From positions 186,001 through 250,000 of the forward strand of contig CBFFRP010000281.1 of the NCBI GenBank assembly GCA_965644295.1: 64,000 bases of DNA. Direction: 5' to 3'. A program made the translations under genes and the position numbers. Source of the DNA: Paraphysomonas bandaiensis (taxonomy: Eukaryota; Protista; Chrysophyceae). Positions 13,528-23,350 of the stretch are shown one piece after another. Below the pieces are notes generated by a model that was given only the letters and a program-made list of their open reading frames with translations, was not told where the DNA came from and made no database searches. Every line of letters begins with the position of its first letter. Position 1 is the first letter of the stretch.

Positions 13528-14007
13528 TATAACTATATCATGTTGTTGACATGTGTTACATGACAACACACACAATAGTGTATACAATCATAATAAAGTA
13601 ATCTATCTAACTTAAACTTCTCTTACAACGATCTTAATCATCTGAAAATGGTCAATTGTCAATATTGGAACTGGTGGGAGTGAGTTACGACAAAGCTGCT
13701 ACAAATCAATAGCTATATAAGTACTCCTTCACAGCTTTACACTATTTATGACGTAAATAAACATTCATATAATGTCTACCCGCAGTATATATATTATATA
13801 TATATGGAAAGACAACTCACAATCCCAAAAGATGACAATATTATTAATACGTACGTAGATACATGACTGTTAACTCATGTTACTCAATGCACACTCGGAT
13901 ATTAAACGCGCAACAACAAGCTATACAGCAAATGAATAGTTCCAAAATGTTTGATTAATGAACACTCGCAGTGTGCTATGTCAACGGGCGACACACACGA
14001 TGCCTGC

Positions 14008-14566
14008 TTAGGCTTTCTTTGTTTTCTTCGATGCAGCCTTCTTTTTTGGTGTGGACTACAATACAATTTAGTTCATAAGTAAACGAAGGTTGTATACACA
14101 ACAATTACCTTTTTGGCAGCAGCTTTGGGGGCAGCAGACTTGGCCTTCGGGGTAGTCTTCTTCTTTGGGGTAGATTTCTTTGTAGAAGCAGCTTTGGCCT
14201 TCTTTGGGGTAGTCTTCTTCTTTGGAGTGGTTTTCTTTTTCTCTGATGTTTCAGTAGTAACAACAGCTTTCTTTGTAGTAGTTTTCTTGGGTGTTTTCTT
14301 AGCAGCAGCTGATAGTTTATATGATGCTTTAACTTGAATTAATGAACCAGATGCAACTCCTTTTTTTAATGCAGCACGAAGATGATGCTATTAAAATAGA
14401 TTTACTAAGATTTATATGACTATATATGTATAATTACCGGCTGAATATTAAAGTCTGGATGAGTTGATGTGATGTAGTTTTTTATCGCATGTGTTGATGA
14501 TCCAGTACGATCTTTTATAGCTGATATTGCTTCAACAACAAGTGCACCATATGTTGGTTTTGACAT
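14008..14566 (-). CDS. Linker histone H1, two introns
   Basis: MSKPTYGALVVEAISAIKDRTGSSTHAIKNYI...LRAALKKGVASGSLIQVKASYKL, followed by a K/A/P/T-rich tail with TPKK repeats. Confidence 0.93.
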
Positions 14567-15132
14567 GATAAGAATATGAATAAGTGTTTAGTTTTAAGTT
14601 GGGAGACTTAATGGAAGACTGTGTATGTATGTATAGACAGAGATGTTAGTATGTTGTAGTTACAAGGTTCAAAGAATCTTATTATGACCATAATTAAAAT
14701 CTTGAAAGGGTATGTGCATCTTATATTTAGGGATATCGTATCTTAAATAGATTTCTTGATATTTAGAAAACTGAAAATTAGAGAAAAAGTATAAAAGAGT
14801 GGAGTGAAAATACATTGTTGTTATGGTTGTTTGTGTACATCAGATGTGCGGTAGGCAATTGATAATACCACGTATTGGCATCCTTTGTATATTTTGTTTT
14901 CAAATATGCCTCTAATATTGAGACAACAATTATCTGTATTCCAGTCGTAGTTGTATTGCAGTAGTATAGCGTATTTTTGTTTCAATTTATTTCCGAAATA
15001 TATACGCATAGTCTAGTTGTGGTAAATATAGCAGCACTTGGCTATATATATGCCCCTCTTATTACCATTCACATACACTGATATCAATCTCACTCGATAC
15101 AATACAATACAATATATATTTATATTCTTACA

Positions 15133-15658
15133 ATGCTTGATCATCAAGAGAATTTTAAAATATGTGGATATCGTATTCCTCATTATTTCTGGTATGTTTT
15201 AAGTGGAGCATTATGTGATGTCGTACAAGCTGTACTTGATTACATAATATACTCCTTATACGTCTTTGAATTTGAACGAGCAACTGTATGTTGGACACTC
15301 AGTTATATGTTAAGGTTGTATATTACTATATTAATATATTCAAGTGTTTAATAGTTGTTATTACAGTATAATAGTCAGACACAGCTCACATCGATATATT
15401 GTATTCGGGGAATACGAAGGATCATATTGTGCATCTCTTGGACGAACGTATATGACTTATTCTACAAGTATTGTACTTTCTATGCTTTCTAATCACTATA
15501 TAGTGGAATTATTCTTATTTTCTCATCGCGACGCATGGATCATTACCATGCTCTGGACTGGACTCTTAAATTACTTTCTATTGAAAGCATCGTGGAAGGG
15601 GGGTAAACAGAAGGAAAAAGTAATACTTGAGAGAGAGAAGAGTATTGAAAATGTATAG
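15133..15658 (+). CDS. Small multi-pass membrane protein, GtrA-like; one intron ~15314-15366
   Basis: Two ORFs join at AG|gttgta...tacag. The product has four hydrophobic segments and HRYIVF / NYFLLK motifs. Confidence 0.65.
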
Positions 15659-16069
15659 ATATGTATGTTAATACTGTGCTTATGTGAAGAGTATCCGTTG
15701 CGTTAATAATTTGAGGAGGCTTCAGAAACTGTGGCAATATGATTAATTTATTGGCAAGCAGCATATGTAATGCAAGAGCTAGTACTCTATAGAACTAAAT
15801 GTAACTCTCAAATAAAGTAAATCTATAGATATGTAGACTCACATTGTGATTGTTGGTACTTTACCGAATTGAAAACAATATATGAAGAATGCTGTAGAAT
15901 AATGATTCAAGAACCAAGTCAATTTTAGTGTCCAACCTAATCGTTTGTATATCCATTGATTACATATTGTAGCTGTCTAAGTTACTTGCTCGCATCACAT
16001 CGACATATGAATGGCTTGCAGACTGCATGTCCCTTTATATACATATTACATATAAAAGCAGATTTTAAA

Positions 16070-16220
16070 GTCTTATTATTTATTATTTAGCTATAGGCGT
16101 TAAAAATCTGCACCAATGTAGTGGATAGTTGAATGCTAGACAGACCATTTAAACCTCTACTAACAACTAATCAGCACAAACTCTATTGTCTTACTATTTA
16201 GCGCTACAGCAGCTGCTTCA
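16070..16220 (-). mobile_element. Short fragment of the LINE/SINE 3' tail
   Basis: TAGCTATAGGCGT and TACTATTTAGCGCTAC..AGCTGCTT match the reverse complement of 22620-22755. Confidence 0.55.
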
Positions 16221-16252
16221 GCTTAAATATATCCAGCCTATATATACTTTAT

Positions 16253-16559
16253 CACTAGTGAAATAAAGTAGTTCATTCGACAGTGAATCGTCAGTTAATC
16301 TGAAAAGTGTGGTTCATATGACCGTTTATCCGACAGTGCACGAAAAGCACCAAAAATGAATGGTTCACATGACAGTTCATCCAACAGTAAATTCGAGAGG
16401 CGTCTGTTCATGTGGCAGTGCATATGGCAGTTCAGATATTTGCTTAGTGCATATGGCAGTTCAGATATTTGCTCAGTGCATATTACGGTTCACTGTCGGA
16501 TGAACAAACAATTAACTGCCATATGGACTTTCATATGAACTGCCTCCATTTCACTAGTG
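16253..16559. mobile_element. Non-autonomous CACTA/EnSpm element (307 bp)
   Basis: CACTAGTGAAAT...ATTTCACTAGTG termini, 3-bp TSD TAT, and many internal CAGTTCA/GTTCATATG subterminal repeats. Confidence 0.85.
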
Positions 16560-17431
16560 TATATATCATATTAGTATATAACCATGAATCACATGTCAGA
16601 GAGCTCAATGAAGCTGCAGATATTCATATGCTGGTGCTGCGTACTGCGTAATTTATCAATTTATTATTCATGCATTGACGCAAGTTGTAGTAAATTATAA
16701 TTGCAATTATTATAATTGTCTCAGCTAGCTACTTGATTCTAATCTAGAACTTACATGTATAGCTATATATTTATTATTACTTGCTGTCTCAATTATTTAG
16801 CTGTGTTTATTGTTTATTGCCGAGGAAATTAGTCGTAGCACCCTAGTGTAGAATCTTTCACCCTCATTAGTTTGAACGTTTGAACATCTACCGTAGTCAG
16901 CATATAAAATAAACAATAAACTATCAGTACACTTCGATATAACGAACACTTTTTCGGTGCTCTTCATTTACATACACCCTGTCATTTACGATTTGGTGGA
17001 GTAATTAGAAAAAATTTAATTTAAAGCTAGTCCTGCTATTTAGTAAAGATACACTTGGTATTATTAGAGATAAAGATTGAATGATAACGCCTAACAGTCC
17101 AGTAGAATGACAAGACACGTTTGAGTTGAGCGTTAGCACCACACGCATGTGCGTATCTTGTACAGTCGAGTATCATAGTATATTGTTTGGTAATTATTCA
17201 GTCTATTTGATATTTCATTGTATGCAATATACACGTGTTGTATTCACGCGTAAAGTGAAATATGTGAATCATATCTTAGTATGAAACATAACTAGGCTGG
17301 CGCTTTATAGAGGTAATATGTTCCCAATATAATAATTGGTATATTATCAACAAATCATTATTATTAATGTAAATTTCAGAAAATTAACATTGGTTCACAT
17401 GTAATACGATCCTCGGCAAAATATCACAGAC

Positions 17432-18592
17432 TTAGACAAGAGTGGTCTGCTCATTGCAGTTCTCGCCAGTATATCCCTCAAAGCATTGGCATAGACCGGT
17501 GGAGTAGTCGCACTTTCCGCGTCTTCCACACTCATAGCTGTTGAGGTGAGACTCCTGGAACTCGTACACACGAGACTGAAGAGATTCCGCAGCAGTTGTC
17601 TCAAGAACAAGCCCAGTGATTTTAGGGGTGCAACCGTCAGAGCACTCAAAGTCCTCGACCATAAGAAGGTTCTGGCGTCCCTGAACGGCGTCCCCGGTGA
17701 AAGTAATATCGACGGTAGTCTGGGGCCAGTCGTATTCAACGGTCACAACGCAGGCATCAATGACCTGGTTGGGAAGACTAAGCAGAGCGAGGTGGATGTC
17801 ATCTCTTAAGTCGACAAGATTGGCAGCATTGCCGTTGGCGACATCGAATCTAATGGGATAAGTGGTAAACGTTTCGTTAATCCTAGTCTTGAAGGTAAGA
17901 GCGAAGGTCTGAGAGTCACGGTTAGTTCCTGGTTGGCCCTGAAGTCTGCGAGAACTGACGGCTTCGTTAAGGTCTTCATCCTCCATGAATATGAGTCTCT
18001 GAATTTGGTGATTGTCAGAACCCAAAAGGTTATTGTCCTTGAGATCAAGGACGTCGTTACCATGGGGGCACATTCTCTTAGAGCAATCCACATCAGCGTA
18101 CTGAGCGTCACAGACGCATCCACGGGTCTTAGTCTTATCCCACTCATAGTAATTAAGCTGCTTAGGGTAAGAACGGAAATCATAACCGTTCATGTACTGG
18201 TTCCACACAACACCGAATGGAATGTCCTCAATGTACTCGCATGTTCCGTGTCCAGAGCAGTCGTTAGGGCAGGTTGTGCGCTGGCAGGCTTTGCCCTCAT
18301 ATCCATCGAAACACTCACAAAGTCCACTGGAACGGTCGCAAATACCTCTTCCAGAGCACTCAGCATACTTGTGGAACTCACCAATAGCATTAGGAGTATC
18401 AACCCAAGCTATATCAAAAGGGCAGATGCGGTCTGAGCAATCGCCGGACTCCATTGAGAGACCAACACCCCAGTTGTCGTAGCAACTGCAAACATCGTCA
18501 GCAAGACAAGTTCCATGCCCGCTACATAGATTATCGCATGCAGCTTGTAGAGTAGAAGCCGAAGCTAAGAAAATTGCAATGGTTTTAATCAT
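17432..18592 (-). CDS. Tubular mastigoneme protein, SIG1/Ocm1 family (EGF-like Cys-rich, secreted)
   Basis: Signal peptide, CSGHG, DCSDRICP..AWVD, ECSGRGICDRSSGLCECFDGYEGKACQRTTCPNDCSGHG and C-terminal ECGRRGKCDYSTGLC. The ORF-track start is GTG, so the first ATG at 18592 is used. Confidence 0.85.
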   Translation of the reverse strand: MIKTIAIFLASASTLQAACDNLCSGHGTCLADDVCSCYDNWGVGLSMESGDCSDRICPFDIAWVDTPNAIGEFHKYAECSGRGICDRSSGLCECFDGYEGKACQRTTCPNDCSGHGTCEYIEDIPFGVVWNQYMNGYDFRSYPKQLNYYEWDKTKTRGCVCDAQYADVDCSKRMCPHGNDVLDLKDNNLLGSDNHQIQRLIFMEDEDLNEAVSSRRLQGQPGTNRDSQTFALTFKTRINETFTTYPIRFDVANGNAANLVDLRDDIHLALLSLPNQVIDACVVTVEYDWPQTTVDITFTGDAVQGRQNLLMVEDFECSDGCTPKITGLVLETTAAESLQSRVYEFQESHLNSYECGRRGKCDYSTGLCQCFEGYTGENCNEQTTLV

Positions 18593-19195
18593 ATTCACTT
18601 TCAGTTAATGCACTGTGATTGTGAGGTTAGATATGCAATACCATAATTACAGCCTTGTTTCCGTTTCAAATCAGCTTGATGTAAGATGAAATCTTGAAAC
18701 GCCACAACTTATCAAAAATATCGTATCTTGAACAGACATTATAAACTGCTCCAAAAGAATATTAACCAATAAAACGGAAGTATTTTGGATTGATTTGTTT
18801 TTGTTGGATTTAGTATTACAATATAGTGTCGTAATGGAACAAAGAAAATATCCTCATATAACTTCGAAATATCCTGAAATATCCCTTTATGGAGATTAAA
18901 AATCACTACTATTTCATGAAATCCCTACTTTCCATATGATCTAGAATATACAGCAGTGTCCATGTGCATGGCATACTATATAGCTCATATATACGCACTC
19001 ATATATATATATACGCACTCATATATACTAACATATACACTTGTATATGTAGCATGCACCACAGCAGTGTATCATGCACTATATATGCATCCACTCTACA
19101 TATATACATACATAACACTGTCAACATATTGATATAATAACATCAATTATCAAGATATACTACATCCGATATCGAATCTATTCAATCCAATCAAT

Positions 19196-19792
19196 ATGGT
19201 AGTTTATTTCAGTGGTAAATTCATATTATCATAATCATCTCATCATCTAATCGTGTATGTATGTATGTATCGTCAACAGATGCTCAAAAAAAGAAAGGTA
19301 TGTATATATATATATGTATGTATATGTTAATATAGTATTATAGCACTTGCAACAGCAGCAAAATCAAGAAAATTATCTTCAAATAATATGACTCGTGGTG
19401 GACCCATTAAAAATAACAGGAAAGGTAGAAGATATCGTAATGATGGTGTATCATTTATATCCAATTCACAACAAACTCAAAGAGTTGTTATTCCTGGACG
19501 ATCACAAAATCAGCAGCGAGTAAATAATCGTGGGAATAATCAGCCTGTGCAAAAGCAAATTGTGTTTCCTGGAGGACAAAGGCCTCAACAGAGTAACCAA
19601 TCTTCCACCCAGCCCTCTAACAATGCAAAAAACCAGGCCCAGATGAAAAGTGGTCTTGCAACTGCACATGCCATTGCACGTGATGATAAACACCCCAAGC
19701 GAGAACAGGCGCTGGAGCTTATTCGTGCGTATCAGCGAGGTTGGGTTGATAGTCAGAAGTTCCATTCTGTGTTGCAAGAGCTGGTGTTTTAG
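19196..19792 (+). CDS. Hypothetical basic, N/Q-rich protein with a small C-terminal helical domain; 3 exons
   Basis: MVVYFS|DAQKKK|AAKSRK... splices in frame to ORF 19388-19792 through two GT-AG introns. Confidence 0.65.
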
Positions 19793-20162
19793 TTCTAGCA
19801 TGTCTTAGAGCACCACGAGGAGGTGATTGAACCAAATAGTATAAACCATTGTAATATATGTTTTTGATCATATTTCTAAGAGTTTAAGCTTTTTTCATAA
19901 GTATGAGGCCTTTGAGCAGCAGTGTATAGTGTATAGTATTACTCCAGGCACTACTCTGATACTGTCACGTTATTATTTATATTGTGCAGAAAAGTATGGA
20001 GTCTGATCGTCATTTAGCCTCACGATGATCACTCATTGTATTAGGTGTTAGTATCACCGTCTCTTGTTATTATCCTCATAAGATTAGTACTTCTACTACC
20101 AGTAACTGTCAAGCTGGGTGAGGTGAGATATATAGATACAGACCACAGATGCATAGTAGTGC

Positions 20163-20889
20163 TATATGTTTAATGTTTAGTGGTACAATGCTAGGTATTG
20201 CTACACTACTGTACCAGCGTAATGGGAGCACTCCTCAAGACTGTGCATTTGACTGATATTTAGAATACTAAGTAGTTAGTAGTCATGTAGTCATAGATAT
20301 GTGATAGTATATTGAACTACAACGAACTCCTGCGTGCGTACTTGAAGTTTGGTAAAGCCAATTGCTAGTAGTTATCCTGTATTCTATGTAGCAATGAAAT
20401 ACAGAATATACATGACTACAGTATAGGAGTAGCTACTACAAGTATACAAAGAAACTGAAAATATAGTAGCTGTTAAAGATATGATTTGTAGAACATAATG
20501 TTGACGTGGTTCCTAACTGACAGTGCTACAACATCATAAACTTACTATATCTCCTATAATATCAATCAGTCAATATTGCACTAACTAAAAAGTTTAAATT
20601 AATATAGTATTAGAATATGGATCTTATTCTAGTATATTCAGTATGTCACTTGAAGATAATGTACGAGAATACAGTGAAATATAGTGATGTACAAATCCTA
20701 TGATGATATTGAGAAACTGAAATAGTTTGATCTTTCAAGATATATTCAGTAACGAGAGGTTTTCATATGTAGGATATTATGCGTAGATTAAAATGAGTAA
20801 GTGTTGGTTATCACAACTTCGTGTAAACGTTATTAATAAATCTATCTAGTCTTACGACAAATTCTCTCTGTGATCTAGCTTAAAATGAG
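20163..20889. repeat. Composite repeat sharing blocks with 9213-9627 and ~44775-44860
   Basis: Direct sequence similarity. Confidence 0.8.
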
Positions 20890-21074
20890 CAATTTCCAAT
20901 AGATAGTACTGATTACTAATTGTTAATATAAGTATTTAGCCATAGTATATAAATTAAAGGATACGCAACTAAACCAGAATTGAAAGAAAGCGCACTCTCA
21001 ATAAATACAAATTGTGATAGACATATTATCTCATGATTCATCCGCTAAATCTATGTCTTGAAAATATCAATCAA

Positions 21075-21502
21075 GTAGTGAATGTCTGATTATTAGCTAT
21101 AGGCGTGTAAGAGTCAGAACTCAAGTATCAAAACTATTTAACTAACTAGTGCTTCACTATGATAGCCTACTATTTGGCGCTACGAAAGCTGCTTGTGCGT
21201 GCCGTCACCAAAATCACCAAATGTGCAACCACTTTCCTTAAGATGAACAGCCCGGATGCTTGACTTCAGCCCAATACCCCGGATACCCTTCAGGTGGGGC
21301 CATTTCCGGATGCATGTTTATTCGTCAAGACCCAAAGACGTCTACACAAGTGACACTGCTTTCCATTCTTATTCCACACAAGCATTATAGGCTATATGAA
21401 TGGGCAGAACACTATATACTGACTATATATATATATACTGCTCATAATAGTTTCTCGCTTTTATATCTCCGATACTTATCCCCCAGACCACTAGGAAAAG
21501 GC
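21075..21502 (-). mobile_element. SINE-like element, uninterrupted copy
   Basis: Starts GCCTTTTCCTAGTGGTCTGGGGGATAAG, has a GC-rich body and degenerate hairpin core, and ends AATAATCAGACATTCACTA. Confidence 0.6.
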
Positions 21503-21698
21503 AATTACCAAGTAAATATTATGCATACTTAGTACCTACTGGCATGAACGAAGAAATATATTATATTATTAGATGGAATTAGAAAAAACTATATCACGAG
21601 TAATAATAGTGCTACTTAGATGTATACGACTCAGCAATAAATAAGTGTCGTAGAATTGCGGTAGTGACTGTTCACATACATGCAAGTTATCATATGTT

Positions 21699-21785
21699 TA
21701 GGGCTGCGTATCAATTAAGTGACGTAGGTTGTACTCAACTATAATTGCAGTTATTACTTGTTGTCCCAATTAATTTCAATTATTT
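21699..21785 (+). mobile_element. Fragment of the CAGGGCTGCGTA hAT MITE family
   Basis: AGGGCTGCGTATCAATTAA...; similar remnants at ~16640-16730, ~42888 and ~54000-54100. Confidence 0.55.
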
Positions 21786-21959
21786 CATGTTGATACCAAA
21801 CTATAAACAACTATGTTGTATTGAAGTACACACACACAACGATATCACCTTTTTTTAAATATTTAACATTAAAGGGTAATTTGTAAAGTGTACTTTTTTA
21901 ATATAATTTTATAGTCCTGTTTACAGAGGGCGTAATAATATGGAGCAAAAGCGGAATGT

Positions 21960-22780
21960 TAGATGAAAATAAAGAAAATTGCATGACAACGGTCTTCGGA
22001 GATGACATACACAACCACCTGACGGCTCACAGTCTACGGAACCTAGAAACAGTGGTTATTAATCTCCTGCAACCGCTTTACACTGCAGCGAAGCTTATGT
22101 TACAGGATCGCGGTTGTCGCTATATCACCATGTCCAAAAGGCCGCCCAGGCTACTCCCGAGACCCCGTCCGAAACGCAGCCAGTCAAGACAACGTCCGAG
22201 AGTCCTTCGATTACTAGGGGTCCAACGAAGACCCCCCACAGCGTATCCGACTCCAGACACACGTGCACACCTCACAGGTCCTACCCGACAGAGCACTGGA
22301 CTGCCCAGACCTTCACAACGCCGACGGCTTCGACAACTCTATCTACACCCGCGGCCCCACAGGAGCACAGTAACACAGACTACAAACCCAACTCCTCCTC
22401 CCAACAATCCCCACCACTCTCAACCCACACATCTGGAACTCGGTGCACTCAGGACCCTAATTCAGAACGCTGAGCCCCCTCCAAAACCAATGGAGACCCA
22501 TCCCAAAGGGAGACCCCCAGATCAATAGCGCCGGTGAGTCCACGGACACACGATAAAGGCGAATTTCATATCACACAAAAAGAACGGAAGTGGTTGCACC
22601 TTGGTGCTTGCGGCGACGCACAAGCAGCTTCCGTAGCGTTAAATAGTAGGATAAAAGAGTTTGTATTGATTAGTTACGGGTAGTGATCTAACTAGTATGA
22701 CTAGCATTCTTCTAGCCACTAATTGATGCAAGGTCTCAACGCCTATTGCTAAATAATCAGACATTCACTATCACTATACT
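21960..22780 (+). mobile_element. 5'-truncated LINE: ORF2 C-terminus (open to 22528) plus 3' UTR
   Basis: Low-complexity P/T/R/Q tail ending PKGRPPDQ*, hairpin core at 22592-22628, and terminal AATAATCAGACATTCACTATCACTA. Confidence 0.65.
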
Positions 22781-23350
22781 AGAAAATTGCATAAAGAAAT
22801 TCGTCGTTGTGTGTGTGTGAAGTGTGAAGTAGCTATATACATTAGCTGCCAACATAACTTAACCTGTAATCAGTTGCTATACCTAGCTTAAAATGCTACG
22901 AAATTAGGCCAGAAGCATTAACCAATAATGTTAATTGAAGTTATCATTTTTTAAACCAATTAATTCAATTGGCTTATCAATCATTAATTGTTATACATGC
23001 CTGAATGGTTCTATCCGGTCGACCATTTTACACAATAATTTGCAAACGTAGGAAATTTTCAAAAATTTGGGACAATCTAGTGACTTTACTAGATTTTTAA
23101 GAATTGTTGTAAAATGGTTCTAAAAGTGCTTAAATGCAATAGTATAGTGTTAATAGTATAGTATAGAACATATAATGATCCTTTTTACTTAGCAATGCAT
23201 ATGATCGAAACCCCAATTTTCAAAAGAGAGGTATTTCTAATACGAATGCTGGGAACCTGCATAACCTTGACTATTCGACACAAAAGTACATACAGTGTAG
23301 AACGAATACGATTCTACAAGAAACTACTCAAAACCTTAGTAGTGTATTGC

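Noticed and set aside
16300-16540. CRISPR-like spaced repeats
   Set aside because: The units are irregular short subterminal repeats inside a CACTA element, and there are no cas genes in this eukaryotic context.
21470-21500. tRNA gene at the SINE-like head
   Set aside because: Only an A-box-like 5' half is present, with no T-arm/B-box or cloverleaf.
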